Shown here piece by piece: positions 20,440 to 31,074 of a stretch of DNA of 64,000 nucleotides. The translations under genes and the position numbers were made by a program. Location: positions 2,117-66,116 of the forward strand of contig CALXZH010000031.1 of the NCBI GenBank assembly GCA_944393175.1, in the 5' to 3' direction. Position 1 is the stretch's first letter; each line of letters begins with the position of its first letter. The stretch comes from an uncultured Alphaproteobacteria bacterium. Lineage in GTDB: Bacteria > Pseudomonadota > Alphaproteobacteria > RF32 > CAG-239. The notes under the pieces are model-generated. The model saw nothing but the letters and a program-made list of their open reading frames with translations, searched no databases and was not told the origin of the DNA.

Positions 20440-21069
20440 TTAGTTATCCTCTTTTGTCTTTAGTGATTTGAATATTAATTGAAAACTTTGTTCCGTTAAC
20501 CGCGGAAAATCTCCGTGATAATTTTTACCTATGGCTTGGTGAAGTATTCCGTCCCACAAAGCGGCAATAATTTGAGCGGTCGTGGTGACATCCGTCTCCT
20601 TATTTATTTCTCCGCTTTCAATACTGTTGGTCAGAACTTTGGTAATCATTTCTTGATGAAAGTTCTTTATTTGATTAATGGGGCCTGATATGTTTAGCGT
20701 ATTAAACAGACCTTCCGACCATTCCATTTGATACATGACAAAAAACAAAAATTTGCGAAATATGGAAACATCTTGAACCATTTGCGCTTCATATTTGAAA
20801 TATTGTAATAAGTCATTTAAGGTTTTGACTTCGGAAATTTCCCTGTTTATAACGGCTTGATTGCGTTCAAAAGCTTCTATTATCAATGCTTTGATAATAT
20901 CTGGTTTATTGCGAAAATGCCAATAAATCGCTCCTTTGGTGAGATTTATCTTTTTGGCTATCTCATCAAAGGTAGTGCGCGTATAGCCTTTGTCACAAAA
21001 CATATCTAAAGCAGCCACAAGTATTGTTTCCCTTGTTTGTTGGGCTTCTTCTTTTGTTCTTCTAGCCAT
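20440..21069 (-). CDS. TetR/AcrR family transcriptional regulator
   Basis: MARRTKEEAQQTRE.IL.AAL..F..KGY..TT..EIA....LTKGAIYWHF. Confidence 0.95.
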   Translation of the reverse strand: MARRTKEEAQQTRETILVAALDMFCDKGYTRTTFDEIAKKINLTKGAIYWHFRNKPDIIKALIIEAFERNQAVINREISEVKTLNDLLQYFKYEAQMVQDVSIFRKFLFFVMYQMEWSEGLFNTLNISGPINQIKNFHQEMITKVLTNSIESGEINKETDVTTTAQIIAALWDGILHQAIGKNYHGDFPRLTEQSFQLIFKSLKTKEDN

Positions 21070-21168
21070 TTGTTTTTGTTATCCTTTAAATATATACATT
21101 CGTGGAGGTATATATATCAGTTTGGCTTATTGTACAAGCATTTTTTTAATAAATTATGAATTTGGTGA

Positions 21169-22770
21169 TTACTTGCGGCAATTGGCAAAAATATCTAATT
21201 TTTTATCATAAACACTTGTTTTTATGCCGCTTAATCCCAATAGAGAATGAAAGATATTGTCTTGTGAATGCGGCTTGCGGGCTTGCTTTTGCAGACAAGC
21301 TTTATCTATGCCGAAATCATGCGCAAAAGAATCGGATATCCACACCAAAAACGGAATGTCTATTTGCTCTTTGGGTGCGGTATCGTATGGTGCTGCATGC
21401 AAAAACATGCCGTTTTCGCCTAATGATTCACCGTGGTCGGATATGTATATCATTACCGTATTATATTTATCGGAGAGCTTTTGCAATTCTTCAATCGTTT
21501 GGGCTAAAAACATACTGGTATAGTATATGGAATTGTCATATACATTTATTAAAGATTCTTGAGAACAGGATGGAAAATCCTTTTGCTCGCAGATTGGTGT
21601 GTAGCGTTCGGCTGCTTTAGGGTAATGTTCCGAATAGGCCGGACCATGGCTGCCTCTTTGGTGTAAAACAATCATGGCATTTTTACCAAATTCTTGCATG
21701 CGAGCATCAAAATTTTGCAGCATGACTTCATCAAGACAGAATTTTCCGGTTGTGCAAGGGTCTTCAAGTTCTACACGGTCACATACATTTTGACAGCCGG
21801 TGTTGTTTTCGCGCCACAAAACTTTGTAGCCGCCTTTTTCCATAACATCAAGCAGGTTTTCGGTGTAGACTTCGGAGCCGGTTTTGAAGTTTGTGCGGCT
21901 GTCTTTGGAAAACAGGCAAGGAACGGCTACTGCGGTTGAGGTTCCGCAAGCCGTCGTATCGCTATAGTAAATGATGTCTTTTAAATAAGGCGTCAGTGGC
22001 TCATTTGTGGGACGGTGGTAACCGCGCAAAGAAAAATTGGCGGCACGGGCTGTTTCTCCAACAACAAATATAATCAAGTTTTTCTTATCGTTTTTCCAAT
22101 ATTTTTGAGTATGGGCGTCTTCTCCGATTTTGATTAATTCAGGTCTGGGTTTGGCTTTGATTTTGATAACCGAAATGATTGACCCGATGTAGCCGGATGG
22201 AGCCAGATAGTAACGCAAATTGCGGTTCGAATCTAAAAATTGACGGGTGGTGCTAAAATTACTCAGGATAATTAGTGATGCCAAGAATAAAGCCGAGACA
22301 ACGGACATGATTTGTTGCTTTAGGGAGCTGGAATTTATGTGTGTTTTGGCAATTAACCAGGCAGGCAACAAGCCCATGCCGATGAAAATTAAAAAGAATC
22401 GCGGATTAAGCAAGTCTTTGACTTCGGCAGCATCCGTTCTCAGAACATTTAAAAACATTATCTTGTCCAGAGCGGCATTGTATAAAAACATAAAGTAAAA
22501 AGCCAGAGCGTTGCTGATGACAAGTGTGATGGCCAATGGTTTGCGTAAACGGCCGTGAAATAATATGCCACAGGCTGCAAATAATATCAGCCACAGGCTT
22601 ACAAACAGGCCGCTCATAAAAAGAATATCTGAGCGAAAGTCAGCCGCATGTTTAAAAAACACACCATTGTATAAAATAAGTGTCAGTAACCCATAGAGCA
22701 GATTGAATTTGATGTCACTTATTGTGAACAAAAAAGGCTTTTTGAAAAATTGAAAAAGTTTACCGGGCAT
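21169..22770 (-). CDS. eptA: Lipid A phosphoethanolamine transferase (EptA family)
   Basis: N-terminal TM helices; VVGETARA, CGTSTA, LHQRGSHGP, SDHGESLGE, LHAAPY catalytic motifs. Confidence 0.9.
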   Translation of the reverse strand: MPGKLFQFFKKPFLFTISDIKFNLLYGLLTLILYNGVFFKHAADFRSDILFMSGLFVSLWLILFAACGILFHGRLRKPLAITLVISNALAFYFMFLYNAALDKIMFLNVLRTDAAEVKDLLNPRFFLIFIGMGLLPAWLIAKTHINSSSLKQQIMSVVSALFLASLIILSNFSTTRQFLDSNRNLRYYLAPSGYIGSIISVIKIKAKPRPELIKIGEDAHTQKYWKNDKKNLIIFVVGETARAANFSLRGYHRPTNEPLTPYLKDIIYYSDTTACGTSTAVAVPCLFSKDSRTNFKTGSEVYTENLLDVMEKGGYKVLWRENNTGCQNVCDRVELEDPCTTGKFCLDEVMLQNFDARMQEFGKNAMIVLHQRGSHGPAYSEHYPKAAERYTPICEQKDFPSCSQESLINVYDNSIYYTSMFLAQTIEELQKLSDKYNTVMIYISDHGESLGENGMFLHAAPYDTAPKEQIDIPFLVWISDSFAHDFGIDKACLQKQARKPHSQDNIFHSLLGLSGIKTSVYDKKLDIFANCRK

Positions 22771-22789
22771 AGTCGTTACTCGTTGTCGA

Positions 22790-23518
22790 TTAGGAGAAAA
22801 GTTCTCCTTGGTGGTTGTCATTTAACACGTTGATTGCTTCTTTGACGATTGCAATGGAGACAGCGCGTTTCTTAGCCAATGAAATACTGTCTATTTCGGC
22901 CACGAGCTTGCAGGCGTAGGCGAAAGAGCGTTGCGTGTTGTGCAACATATAATTAATGACTTCGGGGGCAACCGTAATTTGACGGTCGGTGAAGAGTTTT
23001 AAGAATAGAGCTGAAAGCATTTCATCATCAGGCTCATTAATGGCGGCAGAGGGTACAATATTCATTCTGGACTGCAAGTCAGGCAATTTGAAATGTATTC
23101 TTGCCGGCGCTTGTTGAGCCGTAAATAAAATATAGCCGCCTTCGTTACGGTAGTGATTATAGAGATGAAACAGGGCTTCGTTATCTATGTTCTCATTTAG
23201 GTCTTCAACTATAAGGCATTGGCATTGATTAAAAAAATCCAAGGTTTCAAAGCATATATCTTTTGCTTTAATGGTTGGTATTTTGTAGGGCCAATGGGTC
23301 AGTGTGGAAACCGTGTGGGCAAAAATCGTGGCAAGATGGGTCTTACCGCATCCCTCAGGGCCATAGATGCAAATGGCAAAAAACGGCCAGTCCGGCCAAC
23401 TGTCTACCAGCTTGAAAGCTTCATAGTTACAAGCGGCAACCATAAAGTCTTCCTTTCCCATATAAGGTTCGGGTATAAATTCTAAAGGCAGTTGTCCCGA
23501 AAAATCCGCAGCGCTCAT
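22790..23518 (-). CDS. hdaA: DnaA regulatory inactivator HdaA
   Basis: QLPLEF clamp-binding motif, EDFMVA.CN, WPDWP, GPEGCGKTHLA, LPDLQSR. Confidence 0.88.
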   Translation of the reverse strand: MSAADFSGQLPLEFIPEPYMGKEDFMVAACNYEAFKLVDSWPDWPFFAICIYGPEGCGKTHLATIFAHTVSTLTHWPYKIPTIKAKDICFETLDFFNQCQCLIVEDLNENIDNEALFHLYNHYRNEGGYILFTAQQAPARIHFKLPDLQSRMNIVPSAAINEPDDEMLSALFLKLFTDRQITVAPEVINYMLHNTQRSFAYACKLVAEIDSISLAKKRAVSIAIVKEAINVLNDNHQGELFS

Positions 23519-23526
23519 CTTATCCT

Positions 23527-26175
23527 CTATTTTTGATTCAATACATCAAAAACCTTTTTGGTCAGGTCGCCTAAGCTGAATGGCTTAGCCATAAACTCAA
23601 AATCTTGTGAGCCGGCTAATTCTCTTCTTGCAATCTCCTCAGAATAACCGGAGGCAAGAATAATTTTGATGTTTGGTATCTTCGTTTTGATGATACCTGC
23701 CAGTTCGGCTCCGCTCATGCCGGGCATAACCATATCCGTGACCAAAAGATCAAAGTCAGTTTCTTTTTCTAATTGTTCTAATGCATTTTCGGCCGAATTG
23801 CAACCGATTACCTCGTAGCCTTTTTTCTTTAAGGCGCGTACGGCAAAGCTGCGGACGGAATCTTCATCTTCTACAAACAATATTTTGATGTCTTTTGCTT
23901 CGTGGTTTGGTTCGGTATTGCGGTCAATGGCTGAAACATTGAGCCCAAAAATGATTTTTTGATTGATGTTTATCGGGGAGGTGCGCTTTTCCTGAACAGT
24001 GAGAATCGGCGTACCGTCTTTGGCTGTAATGCGCTCTTTGGTCTCAATGAGATTTTGTTCTTCTTCATCGGTATTTTTTTCAAAACGGGGCAGATGAATC
24101 GAAAATGTGGTGCCTTTGCCTAAGGTGCTGTTTACTTTGATAAAGCCTTCGGTTTGGCGAACAATACCATATACCGTGGCCAGCCCAAGTCCCGTACCGG
24201 AACCTACGACATTTTGTTTGGTGGAGAAAAATGGTTCAAAAATGCGGTTTAAGTTTTCGGGCGGAATGCCGCAGCCGGTATCTGTTACGTCAATTACAAC
24301 AAATTCTCCAGGTTTTATTGTGTCGGCGCCGAATTGGTAAGGCGTTGTGAGTGTCTCGACCCGTGTAGTGATACTTAATGTGCCGTTACCGTTCATGGCA
24401 TCTTTGGCGTTGACGGCCAAATTGATGATGACTTGAGAAAATTGTACGGGATCAACGCGGATGAAGCCCAAGTCATTGCCATGGTAAAAATGCAAAACAA
24501 TTTGCTCTCCTAAAATACGTTTTAACATTTGGCTCAGTTCTACGAAATTTTCGGTGACATCAATTAACTTCGGCTTAAGGGGTTGTTTGCGTGAAAAGGC
24601 TAATAATTGTCTTACTAAACCTGCTGCGCGATTGGCATTTTGTTTGATTTGGATTAAGTCGGTGAAAGAAGGATCACCAACACCGTGACGCTGTAATAAT
24701 AAATCGCAAAAACCTATCATGGCCGTCAGAAGATTGTTAAAATCGTGGGCTACGCCTCCGGCCATTTGTCCCATAGCTTGCATCTTTTGGGCTTGGGCAA
24801 ATTGCATCTCCAGGCTCTTTTGTTGGGTGGCATCAATTACATAGACGACTAAACCATCAATTTGCTCAGGATGGGCCGTATGGAGTTTTTGCATCGGGCT
24901 GAGATAAAGTGAGGCGATTTTTTCACTTTTATCCAGAGTGATATGAATATCTATGGCTTTTGATAGCTGACTGGTACCGTTGATTGATTGCATTTCTTTT
25001 TGGAGAAGATCGCACTCTTCGGGGCGCATATAATCAAAAATTCTTTTGCCGATAATGAGGCCCTTTTCGCGATCTAAAAATTTTTCTACCGCAGAATTGC
25101 AATCTTGTATTTGTCCTTCAGTGTTTATGAAGGCAATTCCTACCGGCGCATCATTAAATAACCAACTGATTTCATCCAACGAATGTTCCAAATGTTGTTG
25201 CAGCTCAGTATCGTTCGGCAAGTCACTAATCATAACGCCGCGGAACTTAATTTCTTTATCTTCACGGAAGCTTTCTTGAGCTACAAAGTATTCTTTGGTT
25301 TCATCATTGGCACCGATGAGATATAAATTTCCTTTCCATAAAGAGTGTTTTTCGGGCAATTCGCAGTGCGGACTTAAAAATCGCCATAGATTTTCACCGA
25401 TGATTTCTTCTCGGTTATATCCCAAAGCGTTGGCTAAAGCATGGTTACAATATTCTATACGGTAGTCTTCATTGCAGGTATATACGCCGACCGGTAAATA
25501 ATCTAAAAAATCGTGTAAAGATTTACGTTCTTCTTGAAATACCTGTTCCATATTTTTGGAGGCGGTGATGTTTTCTAATTTCCAGTATATATAAGTGTAT
25601 TTCTTGATGGCTTTAACTGAAAACTTACCTTCAAAAATATCTGTCTTTTTTAAGTAAATCGGTTTTAGGCTGATGGTATACCATTCTTCGGGGGTGAAAA
25701 TTTTCGAATCGTCTTGTTGGAGAATAAGCGAAAGGGTGACTTTTTCGCTGACCAGGTCATTATAAGCGGTTTTTAATCTATAAAGTGCAGCCGAGTTGCT
25801 TGATTGTCCGGATAAGTGGTTTTCCAGAAATTTTAGTAAATTATCATTATGAAACATCTCTTGAGCCAGGTCATTTTGAATTACCGGCTCTCCGTTGGAG
25901 TTGTCTATGCGGATTATTTCATATTTGTTTTTTATTATTTCGTTGGCAAAACCACCGTAAGTTATGGCTTCTTCTGCGGCGTTTATGGTTTTTATGGTCA
26001 GTGATAAACAACAAACCGTGGTGAGAATAAAGGTAAAAACCAATAGTAATCTGTATTCGGGATAAGCCAAAAACAAAACTAAAGAAATTGTCAGAATTAT
26101 AAGCGCATAGGCTAATAGTATCAGGCGATTTTGCAGTAATTTATCAGGTCTGGGGGTTTTTAAGCTGCATAACAT
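23527..26175 (-). CDS. cckA: Hybrid histidine kinase CckA (TM-PAS-HK-receiver); exact start uncertain
   Basis: [38 protein letters not shown]-box; receiver LFVEDE..TDMVMP; follows flhB. Confidence 0.9.
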   Translation of the reverse strand: MLCSLKTPRPDKLLQNRLILLAYALIILTISLVLFLAYPEYRLLLVFTFILTTVCCLSLTIKTINAAEEAITYGGFANEIIKNKYEIIRIDNSNGEPVIQNDLAQEMFHNDNLLKFLENHLSGQSSNSAALYRLKTAYNDLVSEKVTLSLILQQDDSKIFTPEEWYTISLKPIYLKKTDIFEGKFSVKAIKKYTYIYWKLENITASKNMEQVFQEERKSLHDFLDYLPVGVYTCNEDYRIEYCNHALANALGYNREEIIGENLWRFLSPHCELPEKHSLWKGNLYLIGANDETKEYFVAQESFREDKEIKFRGVMISDLPNDTELQQHLEHSLDEISWLFNDAPVGIAFINTEGQIQDCNSAVEKFLDREKGLIIGKRIFDYMRPEECDLLQKEMQSINGTSQLSKAIDIHITLDKSEKIASLYLSPMQKLHTAHPEQIDGLVVYVIDATQQKSLEMQFAQAQKMQAMGQMAGGVAHDFNNLLTAMIGFCDLLLQRHGVGDPSFTDLIQIKQNANRAAGLVRQLLAFSRKQPLKPKLIDVTENFVELSQMLKRILGEQIVLHFYHGNDLGFIRVDPVQFSQVIINLAVNAKDAMNGNGTLSITTRVETLTTPYQFGADTIKPGEFVVIDVTDTGCGIPPENLNRIFEPFFSTKQNVVGSGTGLGLATVYGIVRQTEGFIKVNSTLGKGTTFSIHLPRFEKNTDEEEQNLIETKERITAKDGTPILTVQEKRTSPININQKIIFGLNVSAIDRNTEPNHEAKDIKILFVEDEDSVRSFAVRALKKKGYEVIGCNSAENALEQLEKETDFDLLVTDMVMPGMSGAELAGIIKTKIPNIKIILASGYSEEIARRELAGSQDFEFMAKPFSLGDLTKKVFDVLNQK

Positions 26176-27217
26176 ATCCTATTACCTCGGCTACGGCTTT
26201 GAAGTGTTCTGACGGTATCATTTGGTCGATTTCTACCGAAGCAAACAGCGCTCTTGCAAGTGGCGGATTTTCCACTATCGGAATGTCGTGTTCTTCGGCT
26301 ATCTCCCGAATCTTTAGCGCGATGTTGTCTACGCCTTTGGCAACAACTATCGGCGCATCCATTTTATCCATTTTATATTCAAGTGCAACCGCATAATGCG
26401 TCGGGTTGACAATTATTACATCGGCTCGCGGAACCGCATCCATCATCCGGTGGCGTGCCCTTTCCATACGCACTTGTCTGATACGCGATTTGACCAAAGG
26501 GTCTCCTTCGGTTTGTTTGTATTCATCTTTTACTTCTTGCTTGGTCATACGCAATTTCTTTAAATGGCTGTATTTTTGATATGCAAAGTCTGCTATGGCG
26601 ATAATCAGAGTGGCAATTACCACCGTGAAAATCAGCAAAACAACTACCTTGTGGATATAGCTAAGAATCGCCATTGTATCCATGGTCGGCATCAGATTTA
26701 CATTTTCAAGATAGGGGCGAATAACCAGAATCGATACAAAGGCTATTACCGTGATTTTGATGATGCCTTTTATACTCTCTACGATTTTTTTCATATTAAT
26801 AAATTTCGGAAGAGCTGCAAATATATTTAATTTATTCCAGTCGGGTTCCAGTCTCTTGGGCGCAAAGACAAATCCGGTTTGTGCAATGCTGGCAAATAGC
26901 CCCAAAGTGATGAATATTACAAAAGGAATCGCTAAAATTTTTAAGATGCCAAGCACAACATTGATTAATAATAATTGCAGATGTCGGGGGTCGGTCGGTA
27001 TTGATTCCGGATTTTCGATGAATTTGACCGACATTATATAAAACCACTTCATCAACAGAGGCAGTAAAAGCCAGACAACAAAAAGCATGCCTAACAGCAT
27101 GATAAAACTTTTGGCATCTTGCGAAAGCGCAACATCACCTTCTTCTTTGGCTTTGGAGATTTTTCGTTCCGACGGTTCTTCGGTTTTCGAGGCGTCGTCA
27201 TCGTCTTCAGGGACCAT
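26144..27217 (-). CDS. flhB: Flagellar export switch protein FlhB
   Basis: KTEEPSERK, RMTKQEVKDEYKQTEGDP, NPTH autocleavage site. Confidence 0.96.
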   Translation of the reverse strand: MVPEDDDDASKTEEPSERKISKAKEEGDVALSQDAKSFIMLLGMLFVVWLLLPLLMKWFYIMSVKFIENPESIPTDPRHLQLLLINVVLGILKILAIPFVIFITLGLFASIAQTGFVFAPKRLEPDWNKLNIFAALPKFINMKKIVESIKGIIKITVIAFVSILVIRPYLENVNLMPTMDTMAILSYIHKVVVLLIFTVVIATLIIAIADFAYQKYSHLKKLRMTKQEVKDEYKQTEGDPLVKSRIRQVRMERARHRMMDAVPRADVIIVNPTHYAVALEYKMDKMDAPIVVAKGVDNIALKIREIAEEHDIPIVENPPLARALFASVEIDQMIPSEHFKAVAEVIGYVMQLKNPQT

Positions 27218-27229
27218 GTCTTCTCCTCT

Positions 27230-27985
27230 CTATTCCAAAAAACGCTTCAGACCCTGTTCATAATATCTTATGAACCAAAGAATCATCATCGGGGTGGTTA
27301 TCATTAACAGTCCTACGCCTAAATATATTTGTAAAGGCAGGGATAAAAAGAAAATGTTTAGTTGCGGCATAAGGCGAGAAACTAAGCCCATACCGACATA
27401 AAATACAATCGAAAAAGCAATAAAGGGTGAGCCAATCTTAAATCCCATGATAAAACTCTCATTGAGACTTTGGCTGGCAAAATTGGAAAAATCAGCTACC
27501 GGCAAAGGAGAGCCTACCGGAAACAGCGTATAACTATCGGTTACGGCACTGAGCATAAGGTGGTGAAGGTCGGTGACAAAAACAACTGTTAAGGCCAGAA
27601 TCGTGAGAAATGTTTCAATTACGATACTTTGAGTTTGAAAGGCCGGATCAAAAATTTGGGCATTCGAAAAGCCGATTGCCTGTCCGATAAAATTACCGCA
27701 TAAGTTAAGTGCGGAAAACAGAATTTGCATTATGACGCCGAAAAAAATGCCATAGATGATTTCAAACAAGTACATTTGCATGCATTCTAAGGTATCTTCA
27801 GGCTGAGGCGGTAATTTATCACTTAAAAACGGAACCAATACTAAAGAAATGGCCAAGGCAATTGAAAGACGCTGGCGGACATTAATATAAGAAGCTGAAA
27901 AACCCGGCATTAACATCAAAGCTGAACCCAGTCGTAAAAATACTAAAATAAATTTATATATTTCTTGATTTAAGAGTTCTGTCAT
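27230..27985 (-). CDS. fliR: Flagellar export gate protein FliR
   Basis: LVFLRLGS.LMLMPGF, DLHH.ML.A..DSY, RLMPQLNIFF. Confidence 0.95.
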   Translation of the reverse strand: MTELLNQEIYKFILVFLRLGSALMLMPGFSASYINVRQRLSIALAISLVLVPFLSDKLPPQPEDTLECMQMYLFEIIYGIFFGVIMQILFSALNLCGNFIGQAIGFSNAQIFDPAFQTQSIVIETFLTILALTVVFVTDLHHLMLSAVTDSYTLFPVGSPLPVADFSNFASQSLNESFIMGFKIGSPFIAFSIVFYVGMGLVSRLMPQLNIFFLSLPLQIYLGVGLLMITTPMMILWFIRYYEQGLKRFLE

Positions 27986-28254
27986 AATCCGCCGCCGGTT
28001 ATTATTTTATCAAATAAATTATCTGATAAAATTTGCATTTGCCCCAACATAAACGGAAACAGCAAAATAATGGCAACAAAGACGCCTAAAATTTTTGGCA
28101 CGAAGGCCAATGTCATTTCCTGAATTTGGGTCAGAGCTTGAAAAATACCAATGATTAAACCGATGAACAGGGCTACCAGTAAAATAGGCGTGACGACTTT
28201 TAATAATGTAAAAATCGCCGTCCGTGAAATTTCTAAAACTTCTACTTCATTCAT
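27982..28254 (-). CDS. fliQ: Flagellar export gate protein FliQ
   Basis: FQALTQIQEMTLAFVPK. Confidence 0.96.
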   Translation of the reverse strand: MNEVEVLEISRTAIFTLLKVVTPILLVALFIGLIIGIFQALTQIQEMTLAFVPKILGVFVAIILLFPFMLGQMQILSDNLFDKIITGGGL

Positions 28255-28264
28255 TTGACTTATC

Positions 28265-29377
28265 CTATTCCAACGGGGTCATTTTTTCAAAATAGCGGTG
28301 ATTTTCAAGCCCGGTTAAAAAGGCTCCGTCATAGCCGGATTGAATTAATCCTCTGAAATAACGCGACATGTATTCTTTCCATTCCGGAGCCCAATAGCGT
28401 GTGATGATACCGTGTCCATCAGAAAATGAGGGGCGGAGTAACCAGTCGGGTGAACCTATTTTCCAACCCGGTTGCCAGTAAAAGGCCGTGTCTTTGGCTT
28501 CGGTTGTGCTGAAACGTGCTAAAATCTGACGACGGGCGCCATTTTTTTTGTATTTCATGGAATTGATTTCATCGGGCGTAAAGGGAACCTTGTTGCGAAA
28601 ATAAGGCTCAATAACCACTACGTCATAGTTTGATGCGCGTACGGCGTCTATAAAGTCTTGTTTATCGGCATATAAATCATCTTTGAGCAAAAATGAAATA
28701 TTTTGTGCCGATTTAAGGTCAAAAATGTTTTGAGCACTTTCTTTGATTATCGGTTGAGCGACAATTTTTTTGAAAGCCATATCTTGGTTGATAAAAGCAT
28801 AAAGCGGTACTTTTGCCTTTAACGAAGCGGATATGGCTTGGTCAAAAGATTTCTCATTTTGACAGTTGTCAATTGAAAAAAGTTTTATGTTTTCTTGTTT
28901 GATAATGGGAGATACTTCTCTTGATGAGCAAAAATAGTTATTGACCGCTATTGCGTCTATACTTCGTAAATATTCGGCCGAGGCACTTCCGACAATCGGT
29001 TCAAACTCAGGTGAGGTTTGTTTGAGGTTGAGCAAAAAAGATGGGTCATTCACGTCTTGACCTTCATTTCTTGCTTTTATATAGCCTTCTAAATGGTATT
29101 CCCAAAGACTCTTGGTTAACAGGTCTTGCCCCTCGTGTACCATAATTTGAAATTCAGGATTATTGGCTTTGGCATAATGTGCCAAACCGATAATATTTTC
29201 TCTTAAGAGATTGCGGTAATTCATTATGGAGCGCGGCGGAACATTCATGTTTAAGAGCTGCTCTTCTTTGGTATAGGGGTGAATGCTATCAAAACCGTAT
29301 AAACCCGCATACGCGCTAGATGAGGCCATCAGCGCGCTGCATAACAGAATGGTTTTTAGTGTCCTACGTAATAACAT
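28265..29377 (-). CDS. Secreted GH114 / endo-alpha-1,4-polygalactosaminidase-like protein (degenerate motifs)
   Basis: Signal peptide; NYDVVVIEP..FTPDEI..K.K.NGARR..LA, YW.PEW, GYDGAFL; start overlaps the pgm stop. Confidence 0.65.
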   Translation of the reverse strand: MLLRRTLKTILLCSALMASSSAYAGLYGFDSIHPYTKEEQLLNMNVPPRSIMNYRNLLRENIIGLAHYAKANNPEFQIMVHEGQDLLTKSLWEYHLEGYIKARNEGQDVNDPSFLLNLKQTSPEFEPIVGSASAEYLRSIDAIAVNNYFCSSREVSPIIKQENIKLFSIDNCQNEKSFDQAISASLKAKVPLYAFINQDMAFKKIVAQPIIKESAQNIFDLKSAQNISFLLKDDLYADKQDFIDAVRASNYDVVVIEPYFRNKVPFTPDEINSMKYKKNGARRQILARFSTTEAKDTAFYWQPGWKIGSPDWLLRPSFSDGHGIITRYWAPEWKEYMSRYFRGLIQSGYDGAFLTGLENHRYFEKMTPLE

Positions 29378-30983
29378 CGGCGTGTTGTTTCCCTGTGCGA
29401 GGTGTAATTTCTGCAATTTCCATCGCAATGGCTAAAATCGGTTTGAGCATGGAAAGAGGGTCTTCGGATAATTTGTTTTGCTCATATTTTTCCAAATATA
29501 CGCGCAAAGTTGCACCGCTGGAACCCGTGCCCGACAGACGATAAACAATACGTGAACCGTCTTCGAATTTGACAATTAAACCATTTTTAGTGCTCGAATT
29601 GTCTACCGGATCATGGTAAACAAAGGGCGCCGCTTCGGAAACTTTATAGCCGTTAAACTCTTGATTATTAAGAGAAGGAAGTTTGGCTTCCAAGTCACTC
29701 ATCAATTTATCGGCAACGGCTGTGTCCAATCCTTCAAAGTCAAAACGCATATAATAGCTGCGGCCGTATTTTTGCCAATGTTCACGGGTGATTTCTTCAA
29801 CCGATTTGCCGGTGGCAGCAATGATGTTGAGCCAGAACAAAATGGCCCAGATACCGTCTTTTTCACGAATATGTGCCGAGCCGGTACCAAAACTTTCTTC
29901 TCCGCAGAAAGTTATGCGCTTAGAATCCATTAAATTTACAAAATATTTCCAGCCGGTCGGAACCTCATAATAACCAATATTGTGGGCTTTGGCCACACGT
30001 CCGACGGCTGTGGAGGTGGCGGCTGATTTGGCTACCCCGAAGATACCTTTTTTGTAAGCCGGAATATATTGATAATTATCGGTTAAAATGGCTAAACTGT
30101 CTGAGGGGGTAACAAAAAACTTTTTACCCAAAATCATATTGCGGTCGCCGTCGCCATCGTTTGCTCCGCCAAAGTCAGGTGCAGAATCGGAGAACATTAA
30201 ATCAACCAATTCTTTGGCATAAACCAAGTTCGGGTCCGGATGCAGACCGCCAAAATCAGGCAAAGGTTTGGCGTGAACCACGCTGCCTTTGGGGGCGCCT
30301 AAAATCTCTTCAAAAATGCGGATGGCATAAGGTCCCGTAACGGCATTCATGGCATCAAAACGCATGGTGAAACCTTTGGCAAACAGGGCTTTGATGGCGC
30401 TGAAGTCAAAAATATGTTCCATCATCTCAACATAATCAACAACAGGGTCAATGACTTCAATTTCCATTGAGCCTAAATGTTGCGTGCCGAGGTGAGATAA
30501 GTCTACATCAGGAGCATCATAAATCTTATATTCACGAATCGCCAAAGTGTTGGCATAAATTTTGTCGGTGACAGAGGCCGGAACTTGTCCGCCGGTTTGG
30601 TTGGAATATTTAATGCCGAAATCGCCGTTTTCTCCACCCGGATTGTGAGAGGCAGATAAAACAAAACCGCCATCTAATTTGTTTTTTAAGATGATGTTGG
30701 AGCCGGCCGGAGTGGAAACGAAACCGTTTTGCCCGATAACTAATTTTTTGACGCCGTTGGCTGCGGCCATTTTAATGATTTTTTGGATTGCAATGTCGTT
30801 ATAAAAACGGCCGTCACCACCCACTAAGAAAGTTTTATCATCTAATTTGCCGATTGTATTGAAAATACTTTGCATAAAGTTTTCAATATAATTTGGCTGC
30901 ATCGCAATTTTTGACTTCTTTCTTAAGCCTGCCGTACCCATTTTTTGGTCGGTGTAAGGGGTCGTCTGAATCGTGGTAATCAT
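29364..30983 (-). CDS. pgm: Phosphoglucomutase
   Basis: QKMGTAGLRKK, SASHNPGG phosphoserine loop, DGDGDR metal loop, CGEESFG. Confidence 0.96.
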   Translation of the reverse strand: MITTIQTTPYTDQKMGTAGLRKKSKIAMQPNYIENFMQSIFNTIGKLDDKTFLVGGDGRFYNDIAIQKIIKMAAANGVKKLVIGQNGFVSTPAGSNIILKNKLDGGFVLSASHNPGGENGDFGIKYSNQTGGQVPASVTDKIYANTLAIREYKIYDAPDVDLSHLGTQHLGSMEIEVIDPVVDYVEMMEHIFDFSAIKALFAKGFTMRFDAMNAVTGPYAIRIFEEILGAPKGSVVHAKPLPDFGGLHPDPNLVYAKELVDLMFSDSAPDFGGANDGDGDRNMILGKKFFVTPSDSLAILTDNYQYIPAYKKGIFGVAKSAATSTAVGRVAKAHNIGYYEVPTGWKYFVNLMDSKRITFCGEESFGTGSAHIREKDGIWAILFWLNIIAATGKSVEEITREHWQKYGRSYYMRFDFEGLDTAVADKLMSDLEAKLPSLNNQEFNGYKVSEAAPFVYHDPVDNSSTKNGLIVKFEDGSRIVYRLSGTGSSGATLRVYLEKYEQNKLSEDPLSMLKPILAIAMEIAEITPRTGKQHADVIT

Positions 30984-31074
30984 TGCTCATCCTTTATTTG
31001 TTTTGTTTAAGATGTTTTTGAGTTTAGCACTTCTTATCTTAAACTCAAGAGCTAACATAGTTATTACTAACTGA

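Noticed and set aside
21169-22821. Mobile mcr colistin resistance gene
   Set aside because: Generic EptA motifs in a chromosomal operon after hdaA; no IS or PAP2 context; cannot assign to MCR without a phylogeny
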